A DNA stretch of 64,000 bases from the NCBI GenBank assembly GCA_963796955.1, contig CAWCNJ010000008.1, positions 352,001-416,000 on the forward strand, in the 5' to 3' direction. The notes beneath the pieces were generated by a model. That model saw nothing but the letters and a program-made list of their open reading frames with translations, made no database searches and was not told the DNA's origin. Positions 39,828 through 48,855 of the stretch are shown here, in pieces. The position numbers were made by a program, and so were the translations under genes. The first letter of the stretch is position 1. The number at the start of each line of letters is the position of its first letter. The stretch is from Endomicrobiales bacterium. Lineage in GTDB: Bacteria > Elusimicrobiota > Endomicrobiia > Endomicrobiales > JALOBY01.

Positions 39828-40985
39828 ATGAAAAAAATAGCAATTCTGGGTTCTACCGGCTCTATTGGCAAACAAGCTCTGGAAGTCGTGCGGGCAATGC
39901 CCGGCAGCTTTAAAGTAGCGGCGCTTACCGGCCATTCAAATCTCAGCGAATTAAAACGCCAGGCATCCGAATTCCGCCCTTCCTGCGTCGCGGTTAATGA
40001 CGAACATTCTGCCTTAGATCTCAGGGTTTGGTGCAAAGAGAACAGCTTAAAGATAGATATCGTCTCAGGAATAGAAGGGATCATTCACGCGGCTACCCTG
40101 CCTGACGTGGACCTGGTACTGTCCTCTGTTGTGGGTGCCGTTGGTCTGAGGCCGCTTTCCGCCGCCATAAAGGCGAGAAAGACGATAGCGCTGGCAAACA
40201 AGGAAGCACTGGTTGTGGCCGGCTCTATTATAATGAAGCTTGCCGCAGAATACGGCGTGAACATTCTGCCTGTCGATTCGGAGCATTCGGCGATCTTCCA
40301 GTGCCTGAAAGGGGAGAACGTAAAGCAGGTAAACCGTATATTTCTAACCGCTTCAGGCGGACCCTTCTACCGTTGCGAAGACCTTTCACGCATTACCGTA
40401 GCGCAGGCGCTGGCCCACCCGACATGGAAGATGGGCAAAAAGATAACTATTGATTCGGCTACCCTGATGAACAAAGGCCTTGAGGCGATAGAAGCGCACC
40501 ACCTATTCGCCGTACCGATAGAGAAAATAGAGATCGTGATACACCCCCAATCCATAGTTCATTCCATGGTAGAATACATAGACGGCTCAACGATAGCCCA
40601 GCTCTCCAACCCGGATATGAAACTGCCGATACAGTACGCTCTTACCTGGCCGGACCGCGCGGCAGCGCCCGGCATAAAGCTGCTGGATTTCTCAAAAACA
40701 ACGCAACTTAATTTCGACACGCCGGATTTTAATAAGTTTTCCTGCCTGCGACTGGCCCTGGAGGCTGCAAGGATCGGCGGCACCATGCCAGCCGTCATGA
40801 ACGCGGCGAATGAAGCGGCGGTTGAATTATTCCTTAAAGAAAAGATACAATTTACTGACATAGCTAAAATAGTAGAGGAAGCTATGTCCGCTCATCACAG
40901 CATACAGGCGCCTGGGATCGAAGATATAATCGAAGTTGACGCCGCCACAAGAGCACGGGTACATGAGCACTGGAGAACAAAATGA
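39828..40985 (+). CDS. dxr: 1-deoxy-D-xylulose-5-phosphate reductoisomerase
   Basis: LGSTGSIG, LANKE, PVDSEH, HPTW.MG.KITIDSA. Confidence 0.98.
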   Translation: MKKIAILGSTGSIGKQALEVVRAMPGSFKVAALTGHSNLSELKRQASEFRPSCVAVNDEHSALDLRVWCKENSLKIDIVSGIEGIIHAATLPDVDLVLSSVVGAVGLRPLSAAIKARKTIALANKEALVVAGSIIMKLAAEYGVNILPVDSEHSAIFQCLKGENVKQVNRIFLTASGGPFYRCEDLSRITVAQALAHPTWKMGKKITIDSATLMNKGLEAIEAHHLFAVPIEKIEIVIHPQSIVHSMVEYIDGSTIAQLSNPDMKLPIQYALTWPDRAAAPGIKLLDFSKTTQLNFDTPDFNKFSCLRLALEAARIGGTMPAVMNAANEAAVELFLKEKIQFTDIAKIVEEAMSAHHSIQAPGIEDIIEVDAATRARVHEHWRTK

Positions 40986-42058
40986 CCATGCATATGTTCG
41001 GTTTTGAAATAACAATCGTACAGATACTTTCGACGGTTATCGGCATAGGGATGCTGGTGTTCGTTCACGAACTGGGCCATTTCACTATGGCAAAACTTTT
41101 CAAGATCAAGGTGGAGCTGTTCGCCCTTGGTTTCGGCCCCGAACTGTTCGGCTTCACTATCGGTGAAACCCGTTACTCTATTTGCGCCATTCCTCTCGGC
41201 GGCATGGTAAAAATGCCGGGAGAAGACATAAACTCGGCCTCCGGATCAAAAGATGAGTTCCTGTCGCAGCCCTGGTATAAAAGACTGCTCGTCGCGATCT
41301 GCGGGCCGCTTATGAATTACGCTTTGGCGGTCCTGATATTCACGGTCATCATTTTTCACTGGGGCCTTTCCAATCCCTCTGATAAACCGGTTATCGGTGA
41401 AGTGGTGCCGGGAATGCCTGCGCAGACAGCCGGCCTTATACCGGGCGACAAGGTAATGAAGGTCGACCAGGCGACAGTCTCCACCTGGGAAGATCTGGCA
41501 AAATATATCCACAGCAAAGCGAACGTCATCAATCTTGTGATAGAACGCGCCGGTAAACAGTTGAACGTCGCGGTCACCCCGAAGTTCGACGCGGCATCCG
41601 GCATGAACCTGGTGGGCATAGCGCCGGAATTTGTTATGGAGAAAGCCAGCCTTTTCAAGTCCGTTGACCTGAGCGTTAGATACGCGGTCTTCCAATCGGT
41701 GTTCACGCTGCGGTATCTGGGAGAAAAGATAACCCGCTTTGAAAAGCCCGAACTATCGGGACCTATCGGCGTCGTGCAGTATCTCGCCAAGGCCGCGAAA
41801 ACCGGCCCTGAGCAGTTATTGCACCTGCTCGGTGTCATCTCCGTAGCGCTGGGCCTGTTCAACCTGCTACCCATACCTATACTGGACGGCGGCCTGATAT
41901 TTTTCTCGCTCATAGAGGGCATAATCCGCAAACCACTCAACAAAAAAATAGTCGCGACAGCTAACCTGGTCGGGCTCTGCATAATCATCGGCATATTTCT
42001 TTTCGCGACATACAGCGATATCGCACGGATCAGTTCAGGGTTCGATAAAATAAAATAA
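40982..42058 (+). CDS. rseP: RIP metalloprotease RseP
   Basis: HELGH, PDZ domain, NLLPIP.LDGG. Confidence 0.95.
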   Translation: MTMHMFGFEITIVQILSTVIGIGMLVFVHELGHFTMAKLFKIKVELFALGFGPELFGFTIGETRYSICAIPLGGMVKMPGEDINSASGSKDEFLSQPWYKRLLVAICGPLMNYALAVLIFTVIIFHWGLSNPSDKPVIGEVVPGMPAQTAGLIPGDKVMKVDQATVSTWEDLAKYIHSKANVINLVIERAGKQLNVAVTPKFDAASGMNLVGIAPEFVMEKASLFKSVDLSVRYAVFQSVFTLRYLGEKITRFEKPELSGPIGVVQYLAKAAKTGPEQLLHLLGVISVALGLFNLLPIPILDGGLIFFSLIEGIIRKPLNKKIVATANLVGLCIIIGIFLFATYSDIARISSGFDKIK

Positions 42059-43155
42059 TGCATACCAAAAGAAATTCCACTAAAAAGATAACGATCGGAT
42101 CATTGACGATAGGAGGCGGTACTCCTATCGCTGTGCAGTCCATGTGCAACAGCGATACGCGCGATGTTAAAGCGACCGTCAGGCAAATAAGAACCTTGCA
42201 GGATGTCGGCTGCGAGATAATACGGGTCGGCGTTCTGGATATGGAAGCGGCCCGGGCGCTGGGCAGGATAAAAAAACAGATAACCATTCCTTTAGTGGCA
42301 GATATTCATTTTGACCATCAGCTGGCGCTTGAAGCGATACGGCAGGGCGTTGATAAACTACGCCTCAATCCCGGCAACATCGCCGACAAGTCTAAGGTTG
42401 AGGCCGTGGTAAAAGCTGCAAAAGAACGCCGGATACCGATACGCATAGGCGTTAATGCCGGTTCTTTAAAAGCCGTAAGGGCGGTGCATACCGCAAAAGA
42501 TAAAGCCTCGGCCCTGGTGAAAGGGGCTCTGTCGCATATAAAGATACTGGAAGAACTTAATTTCGCAGACATCGTTATTTCGCTGAAAGCCTCGGATGTG
42601 GAGACGACAACGCTGGCCTATGCACTGATGGCCGGCAAAAGAGATTATCCACTGCACCTCGGCATAACGGAAGCAGGCTCCACTTTTCGCGGCACCATAA
42701 AGTCTTCAGTCGGCCTTGGCATTATGCTGGCCCAGGGGCTTGGCGATACCGTACGGGTCTCTCTTACTGCCGACCCCGTGGAAGAAGTTGCCGTTGCCTA
42801 CCAGATATTGCAGGCGTTGCGCCTGAGATCCACCGGGATAGAAGTGATATCATGCCCGACCTGCACACGCACTGAAGTTGATCTGATAGGCATAGCGAAC
42901 AAGCTTGAAACAGAATTATCTAAAATACAGAATTTAACTAAAGTTGCCTTTGCGAAAAAACCGCTTAAGATAGCCGTTATGGGCTGCGTGGTGAACGGCC
43001 CGGGCGAAGCCGCTGAAGCCGATTTTGGCATCGCCGGCGGAAAAGGAACAGGATTACTTTTCAAGAACGGCAAGGTGATCGGTAAAGTGGCACCTTCAAA
43101 ATGGGTAAAGACTTTAATAGCTATGGTGCGTGCAGAAATTAAAATACAGGGGTAA
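42058..43155 (+). CDS. ispG: HMBPP synthase
   Basis: VQSM, ADIHFD, R.NPGN, CPTC, GCVVNGPGE. Confidence 0.97.
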   Translation: MHTKRNSTKKITIGSLTIGGGTPIAVQSMCNSDTRDVKATVRQIRTLQDVGCEIIRVGVLDMEAARALGRIKKQITIPLVADIHFDHQLALEAIRQGVDKLRLNPGNIADKSKVEAVVKAAKERRIPIRIGVNAGSLKAVRAVHTAKDKASALVKGALSHIKILEELNFADIVISLKASDVETTTLAYALMAGKRDYPLHLGITEAGSTFRGTIKSSVGLGIMLAQGLGDTVRVSLTADPVEEVAVAYQILQALRLRSTGIEVISCPTCTRTEVDLIGIANKLETELSKIQNLTKVAFAKKPLKIAVMGCVVNGPGEAAEADFGIAGGKGTGLLFKNGKVIGKVAPSKWVKTLIAMVRAEIKIQG

Positions 43156-43158
43156 TGT

Positions 43159-43629
43159 ATGGCAGAAGTGATCTATTTGACCCGCGAGGGCCGGCAGAAA
43201 ATGCTCGACGAGCTTGAAAACCTCAAGACCGTTCGCAAACCCGAAACAACTAACGAACTGGTACGTGCCAGAGAACACGGCGACCTGAAAGAAAATTTTG
43301 AGTATCACGCCGCCAAGGAAGCGCTTGGCAATATTATGCGCCGCATCGGCGAATTGGAATCGAAGCTGAGCCGGGTGCAGCTGATAGAAGACCAGGGCCT
43401 GGATGTGAACACAATTTTCATCGGCGCCAAGGTAACTGTTAAAGATGAGGACGGCGACACATCTCAATACACGATAGTCGATACCGAGGAGTCAGATCCC
43501 ACCGTCGGCAAGATTTCGGTGCAATCGCCGCTCGCGCAGGGCCTTATGGGACACAAAGCTGGAGAAACGGTAAAGATAACCCTGCCCACAGCCAAGATCG
43601 AACTAAAAATAATTAAAATAGAGAGATAA
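43159..43629 (+). CDS. greA: Transcription elongation factor GreA
   Basis: GDLKENFEYHAAKE, KIS..SPLA. Confidence 0.96.
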   Translation: MAEVIYLTREGRQKMLDELENLKTVRKPETTNELVRAREHGDLKENFEYHAAKEALGNIMRRIGELESKLSRVQLIEDQGLDVNTIFIGAKVTVKDEDGDTSQYTIVDTEESDPTVGKISVQSPLAQGLMGHKAGETVKITLPTAKIELKIIKIER

Positions 43630-43630
43630 C

Positions 43631-45355
43631 ATGCGCTATTCAAAATTCTTTGTACCCACGCTCCGCGAAGCACCGTCTGACGCCGACATTATTTCAGCCA
43701 AGCTTATGTTGAGAGCCGGAATGATACGCAAAGTCGCCTCAGGCCTGTATGAATGGCTGCCACTCGGCCTTCGGGTACTAAAGAATGTTGAACAAATTAT
43801 CCGTGAAGAGATGAACAGTATAGACGGTCAGGAAATTTGGATGCCAATAGTGCAGCCCAAAGAACTGTGGGAAGAGACCGGCAGGTGGGGATTTTACGGC
43901 AAAGAACTGTGCCGGCTCAAAGACCGCAAAGGCGCCGAGTACTGCCTTGGACCCACTCACGAGGAAGTCGTGACAGATCTTGTACGCCGCGAAGTTAGAA
44001 GCTACCGCCAGCTGCCGTTAATGCTCTACCAGTTCGGCACAAAGTTCCGCGACGAGATCCGCCCGAGGTTCGGCGTAATGCGCGCCAGAGAATTTTTGAT
44101 GAAGGACGCCTATTCTTTCCACGCCGATGAAGCTGACGCCGAAACATACTACAAACGCGCCTATGATGCTTACAACAAAATATGTACCCGCTGCGGCTTT
44201 AAGTTCCGTGCCGTTGAAGCAACCACCGGCGCGATAGGCGGCTCGTTCTCTCACGAATTCATGGTACTTGCCGACACCGGCGAAGAAACCATAGCCAACT
44301 GCGAATGCGGATACGGCGCCAACCTTGAAAAAGCAGAGTGCAAACTACCTGAACCCTGGCCATCCAAGCAGGAACCGCTTCCTATGGAAGAAGTTCACAC
44401 ACCCAACCTGAAGAGCGTTGAGGAAGTTGGAAAGTTCATGAAAGCAAAACCTAATAAATTTATTAAAACACTTGTTTATGTTGCCGACGGCATACCCGTT
44501 ATAGCCCTTGTAAGAGGCGACTACGAAGTAAATGAACATAAACTAAAAAACATACTGGACGCTAAAGAGCTGAACCTGGCCGACGAAACCGTGATAACAA
44601 AAGTCACCGGCGCCCCCTGCGGCTTTGCAGGCCCGCACAGCCTGGTTGATCAAACTGTAAAAATAGTTGCCGACCATTCCGTAACCGACATGGTTAACGC
44701 CGTCGTTGGCGCCAACAAGCATGATTACCACTGCAAGAACATAAACATAAACCGTGACTACAAACCCACCGTTGTCGCCGACATCCGTAACGTGGTAGAA
44801 GGCGACCTGTGCAAAGTCTGCGGCAAAAAAATAAACTTCTGCCGCGGCATTGAAGTTGGCCATACTTTCAAACTTGGCACCAAATACTCCAAATCTATGA
44901 ACGCCGTATACCTGAACCCCGAAGGCAAAGAAAACCTTATGATCATGGGCTGCTACGGCATAGGCGTTTCCCGTATTCTTGCCGCGACAATTGAACAATC
45001 CCACGACGACAACGGCATAATATGGCCCCTGGCCCTTGCACCCTTTAAGGTAAGCATAGTAGCCGTAGACCTCAACCACGCCCCAACAAAAGAAGCCGCT
45101 GAAAAACTGTATTCAGAACTTTCCACTCTCGGCATTGAAGTGCTGCTGGATGACCGGGATGAGCGCGCCGGCGTAAAATTTAAAGATGCCGACCTGATGG
45201 GCATACCCCTGCGCGTAACCATAAGCGAAAAGACCCTGGCGCAAAACAGCGTAGAATTCAAACTCCGCCACGAAGATTTCAAAAGCGCCAAACTTATCGC
45301 CCTCGACAAGATAATCGAAGAGATCAATACTCGCTGTAAAACCTTTGGATTGTAA
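43631..45355 (+). CDS. proS: Prolyl-tRNA synthetase (with editing domain)
   Basis: GPTHEE, FRDE.RPRFG.MR.REF.MKD, MGCYGIG. Confidence 0.98.
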   Translation: MRYSKFFVPTLREAPSDADIISAKLMLRAGMIRKVASGLYEWLPLGLRVLKNVEQIIREEMNSIDGQEIWMPIVQPKELWEETGRWGFYGKELCRLKDRKGAEYCLGPTHEEVVTDLVRREVRSYRQLPLMLYQFGTKFRDEIRPRFGVMRAREFLMKDAYSFHADEADAETYYKRAYDAYNKICTRCGFKFRAVEATTGAIGGSFSHEFMVLADTGEETIANCECGYGANLEKAECKLPEPWPSKQEPLPMEEVHTPNLKSVEEVGKFMKAKPNKFIKTLVYVADGIPVIALVRGDYEVNEHKLKNILDAKELNLADETVITKVTGAPCGFAGPHSLVDQTVKIVADHSVTDMVNAVVGANKHDYHCKNININRDYKPTVVADIRNVVEGDLCKVCGKKINFCRGIEVGHTFKLGTKYSKSMNAVYLNPEGKENLMIMGCYGIGVSRILAATIEQSHDDNGIIWPLALAPFKVSIVAVDLNHAPTKEAAEKLYSELSTLGIEVLLDDRDERAGVKFKDADLMGIPLRVTISEKTLAQNSVEFKLRHEDFKSAKLIALDKIIEEINTRCKTFGL

Positions 45356-45365
45356 GGAACTGGAC

Positions 45366-45707
45366 ATGAAGATAGTAACCGATTCAATCTCTCTCGAAGA
45401 ACTTAAACAAATGGCCGCAGGCTTATTCGGTGACATGGTAAAAGCCGTCGTTGATATTGAACGCAGCGTTATTGCAGTTGACGCCGAACTGCATTCTGAC
45501 CTTGAGGCATTGCTATTAGAAAATGGTTCAAAACAGAAAGATGTGTGGGGTATTAACCTCTATCCTGAACTAAATGGAGAGGATTTTGTTGAATTTTCCT
45601 CTATGATAAATATGCGCCCATCGCAAGACAATATGAGCCGTGGCGTTGATGATGAGAAAACCCGTAAACGCATTGTCGACGTCGTTACAAAAAGGGTGAC
45701 AAAGTGA
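45366..45707 (+). CDS. DUF5674-like protein
   Basis: VKAVVD, H.DLE..LLE.GS.Q..VWG.N.YP, IN.RP motifs; AAGGA RBS. Family recognised from memory. Confidence 0.7.
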   Translation: MKIVTDSISLEELKQMAAGLFGDMVKAVVDIERSVIAVDAELHSDLEALLLENGSKQKDVWGINLYPELNGEDFVEFSSMINMRPSQDNMSRGVDDEKTRKRIVDVVTKRVTK

Positions 45708-46036
45708 CAACCCAACACGCCCAGCTAGCCGAAGGGCGCTGGTTCCAGATGTCATTTTTAGACCAGATGGCGAACATCGGCAGCGAAGTTGAACGCGCCC
45801 TGAACTGGAAAACCAGGAACAACGCTGCATACACGCAAAAAGCCTTTATACGCACACTTGAACTACTAGACCTTACGTTAGAAGATGCAAGAAATAATCG
45901 ACGATTAAAAGAACTTGCCCGCGTCCGAGAAGCCATAGTAGATTATTTCAGCGGTTCCAATGAGTTCGCCTCAACAGAAGTATCATGGAAAAAATACTTC
46001 CTAAACTTCGCCTACGCTGCACGTAAGAACCACTAA
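45704..46036 (+). CDS. Small helical hypothetical protein coupled to the DUF5674-like gene
   Basis: GTGA overlap; RW..MS...QMANIGSEVERA...ELAR.RE...DYF. Confidence 0.75.
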   Translation: MTTQHAQLAEGRWFQMSFLDQMANIGSEVERALNWKTRNNAAYTQKAFIRTLELLDLTLEDARNNRRLKELARVREAIVDYFSGSNEFASTEVSWKKYFLNFAYAARKNH

Positions 46037-46309
46037 GCCATAATTGCTCAACTACCGGCTTCAAGCTCCGATGAAATAGCTAAACTCTTACTGTATAATG
46101 AAATCATGCTAGCACTGAACAGTCCACTTGCTGACAATAGCGATGTTGCGTCTGTTCATTTGATTCATTATCACGATAAGCATTATTATGATAACATGCC
46201 TTGTATTGATATAAATGGAAATATTTATGAGTGGGAATCGATGCTTCCAGTTGGGATCAAAATTATTAAGTGGGAGAATACAACCAATGGACCGCAGAAC
46301 GTACGTTAG
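46037..46309 (+). pseudogene. Low-GC gene remnant/orphan
   Basis: 90 open codons starting directly after the previous TAA in the same frame; AT-rich; no RBS. Confidence 0.4.
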
Positions 46310-46428
46310 GGAAAGGCGTCCGGGGCATCCTTGAAAAGTGACGTGAAACATATGACGCAGATGGTTTGTGATGCCGTTATTCTGGGATATTCGCTGTTAG
46401 AAGAAAAATGAGACAGGTATCATTTTTC

Positions 46429-46457
46429 TTGACACTGAAAACATAATGTACTAGAAT
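46429..46457 (+). promoter_or_regulatory. Sigma70 promoter of the corrinoid operon
   Basis: TTGACA-17 nt-TAGAAT. Confidence 0.8.
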
Positions 46458-46488
46458 TCGGTTAGTTAATTGCTCTTTCGTTAGATAT

Positions 46489-46548
46489 TTGCCGCTCGAA
46501 ACTTCAGCACAGGAGGGCTTGCCCTCCGAAGCTTTAGCGTAGGAGGGG
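46489..46548. repeat. Two tandem 30-bp units of the REP-like palindromic element (first degenerate)
   Basis: TTGCCGCTCGAAACTTCAGCACAGGAGGGC followed by TTGCCCTCCGAAGCTTTAGCGTAGGAGGGG. Confidence 0.75.
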
Positions 46549-46551
46549 CCC

Positions 46552-46673
46552 CGCATCGTGAGGAAGTCCCGTGAAATCCGGGCACTGCCCCGCAACGGTA
46601 ATAGTCGCCAAGGCGACTTAGTCCGGTCTATACGATGCGACGGAATAACTTTCGCGGGAAAGATGAGGTATCC
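46552..46673 (+). ncRNA. Cobalamin riboswitch (compact form)
   Basis: CGCATCGTG/TACGATGCG closing stem; GAGGAAG, GTGAAATCC, CTGCCCCGCAACGGTAA, AGTCCGG core; loop CCCGC complementary to downstream GCGGG hairpin; lies upstream of cob/btu genes. Confidence 0.88.
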
Positions 46674-46686
46674 ACTATTATTTTTC

Positions 46687-46723
46687 AACCCTTGCTTTCT
46701 TCGAAAGCAGGGGTTTTTCTTTT
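46687..46723 (+). terminator. Intrinsic terminator/attenuator of the riboswitch leader
   Basis: AACCCTTGCTTTC-TTC-GAAAGCAGGGGTT followed by TTTCTTTT, just before the GGAGG RBS. Confidence 0.85.
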
Positions 46724-46732
46724 GGAGGTAAA

Positions 46733-47251
46733 ATGCTTTACATCAACACAGGGAACGGGAAGGGGAAGAGTACCGCGGCTATGGGGCAGATGTTGCGCTC
46801 TATCGGGCAGGGGTGGAAGGTTTGCCTGGTGCAGCTTTTTAAGGGGAAGAGCTTTTACGGGGAGCAAAAAACCTTTGGGAAGTTCAAAAAACAGCTTGAT
46901 TTTTACTCTTTTGCCCCCAAACACCCGGGGTGTTTTCCAAAAACTGATAGAAAATTGGTGCGGAAACAGTGTTTGGAGGCTCTTTCGTTTATCCACAAGT
47001 TACTCACAGGCAGAAAACGATACCAATTATTAGTGATGGAAGAGTTCAATATAGCCATCCGGGATGGCTATATGACCACTAAAGAAGTACTTGAAGTAGT
47101 CAACGATTTTTACAGTATATCGGACATTGTAATAACAGGCAGAGGCGCGCCAAAGGCTTTGATCGAACGGGCTGACCTTGTTACCGAGATGAAGGAAATA
47201 AAGCACCCCTTCCGTAAAGGCATAAAATCTCGCAGAGGGATAGAATTTTAA
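46733..47251 (+). CDS. cobO: Cob(I)yrinic acid diamide adenosyltransferase (CobA/CobO/BtuR)
   Basis: TGNGKGKSTAA.G, TGR.AP, ADLVTEM..IKHPF..G....GIEF. Confidence 0.93.
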   Translation: MLYINTGNGKGKSTAAMGQMLRSIGQGWKVCLVQLFKGKSFYGEQKTFGKFKKQLDFYSFAPKHPGCFPKTDRKLVRKQCLEALSFIHKLLTGRKRYQLLVMEEFNIAIRDGYMTTKEVLEVVNDFYSISDIVITGRGAPKALIERADLVTEMKEIKHPFRKGIKSRRGIEF

Positions 47252-47252
47252 C

Positions 47253-47771
47253 ATGGGAACCCTTATTTTCATAACCGGTGGAGCTCGTTCCGGCAAAAGC
47301 AGACTGGCGACAGACCTGGCGGGGCAGGCTGGTAAGCACGTGGCCTTTATTGCCACCGGGCAGGCCCTGGACAAGGAGATGGCGGAGCGCATAAAGAAGC
47401 ACCAAAGCGACCGGCCTGCCGGTTGGAAAACCGTTGAGGAACCCTTAAATATTGCATCGGCTATAGCGAAACTACCGAAAAATACACAGGCAGTGATCAT
47501 CGATTGCCTTACCTTATTGGTAACGAACCTGATGCTTTCAGGAAAAACCGATAAGCAAATTAAAGATGCGATTAAAAACGTTATAACGACAGCGAAGAGT
47601 ATCAAAGCTACCGTGATCGTGGTTTCTAACGAAGTTGGGGCAGGAATTGTGCCAGAGAACAAAATGGCACGGGATTTCAGGGATATAGCAGGGATAGCAA
47701 ATCAAATAGTTGCAAAAGCAAGCGACAAAGCCTACGCAATGTTTGCCGGTTATCCGGTGAAGTTAAAATAA
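47253..47771 (+). CDS. cobU: Adenosylcobinamide kinase/guanylyltransferase
   Basis: GGARSGKS, EM..RI..H...R, SNEVG.G, FRD..G. Confidence 0.96.
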   Translation: MGTLIFITGGARSGKSRLATDLAGQAGKHVAFIATGQALDKEMAERIKKHQSDRPAGWKTVEEPLNIASAIAKLPKNTQAVIIDCLTLLVTNLMLSGKTDKQIKDAIKNVITTAKSIKATVIVVSNEVGAGIVPENKMARDFRDIAGIANQIVAKASDKAYAMFAGYPVKLK

Positions 47772-47784
47772 AGGAGCAACGACC

Positions 47785-48855
47785 ATGACACTTAAAGAAG
47801 CGATCTCAAAGATCACCGACCTGGATGTGACGCTGATGAACAAAGCGCAGGAGAAACTGGATAGCTTAACAAAACCTCAGGGCAGCCTTGGGCGCCTGGA
47901 AGAACTGGCCAAACAGATCGTCGCTATCAGCGGCAATATAAAACCTGAGATAACCAACAAATATATCGTCACAGTTGCTGGCGACCATGGCGTAGCAAAG
48001 GAAGGCGTCAGCGCATTCCCGCAGGAAGTTACACCGCAGATGGTACATAACTTCCTTACCGGCGGGGCCGCTATCAATGTTCTCGCCCGCAACATCGGAG
48101 CGAAAGTTATGGTCGTGGATGCAGGCGTTGCATCAGACATTCCGGCTCACCCCGACCTCCTGATCAGGAAGATCGGTTATGGGACAGCAAACATAGCCAA
48201 AGGTCCCGCGATGAGCAGGGAAGACGCTATTAAGGCTCTTGAAACCGGCATAGAATTAGTCGCCCAGCTTAAGAGCAAAGGTGCGCACATAATAGGAACC
48301 GGTGATATGGGGATAGCCAACACCACTCCCTCCAGCGCGATAGTTGCTGCGATAACGGGCGCGGCAGTGGAGAGCCTTACGGGCAGGGGCACCGGCATTG
48401 ACGATAAGGGCCTTGATTTGAAGATAAGCGTGATAAAAAAAGCTCTCTCGCTTAATGCTCCCGACAAAAACGATGGGATCGATGTGCTCAGCAAAGTCGG
48501 CGGCTTTGAGATCGGCGTTATTGCCGGTATATTTATAGGCGGCGCCGCGAACCGCATTCCCGTAGTTATCGACGGTTTCATTTCCGGCGCAGGCGCGCTC
48601 ATCGCCTCAATTATCGCCCCAAAAGCAAAACAATATATGATCCCTTCGCACTGTTCAGTAGAGGCAGGCCACGCCGTAACACTTACTTTCATGGGTTTAA
48701 AACCTCTATTCAATATGAATATGCGCCTTGGCGAAGGAACCGGTGCCGCTCTTGGGATCCAGTTCGTTGAGGCCTCAGTAAAAATACTGAACGAAATGGC
48801 AACGTTCGCTCAGGCAGGAGTTTCTGAAAAATCGGAAGAATCGAAGGTCAACTAA
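47785..48855 (+). CDS. cobT: Nicotinate-nucleotide:DMB phosphoribosyltransferase
   Basis: TKP.GSLG.LE, GDHG, MGIANTT, RLGEGTG. Confidence 0.97.
   Translation: MTLKEAISKITDLDVTLMNKAQEKLDSLTKPQGSLGRLEELAKQIVAISGNIKPEITNKYIVTVAGDHGVAKEGVSAFPQEVTPQMVHNFLTGGAAINVLARNIGAKVMVVDAGVASDIPAHPDLLIRKIGYGTANIAKGPAMSREDAIKALETGIELVAQLKSKGAHIIGTGDMGIANTTPSSAIVAAITGAAVESLTGRGTGIDDKGLDLKISVIKKALSLNAPDKNDGIDVLSKVGGFEIGVIAGIFIGGAANRIPVVIDGFISGAGALIASIIAPKAKQYMIPSHCSVEAGHAVTLTFMGLKPLFNMNMRLGEGTGAALGIQFVEASVKILNEMATFAQAGVSEKSEESKVN

Noticed and set aside
46293..46312. GCAGAAC-GTAC-GTTAGGG as a collapsed attC site
   Set aside because: Too short for attC structure; no integrase or second site.
46330..46360. GAAAAGTGACGTGAAAC as a second cobalamin aptamer
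   Set aside because: No pairing partners or B12 box, and it lies upstream of the promoter.
46435..46465. dif-like CATAATGTA near the skew flip
   Set aside because: No XerD arm (TTATGTTAAAT) follows, the sequence is the promoter spacer, and the skew polarity is opposite to a terminus.
46489..46548. Tandem 30-bp units as a CRISPR array
   Set aside because: Only two abutting units, no spacers and no cas genes.
46377..46688. Minus-strand 103-aa ORF containing PSYAKASEGKPSCAEVSSGK
   Set aside because: It is a translation of the palindromic repeats and riboswitch, not a gene.
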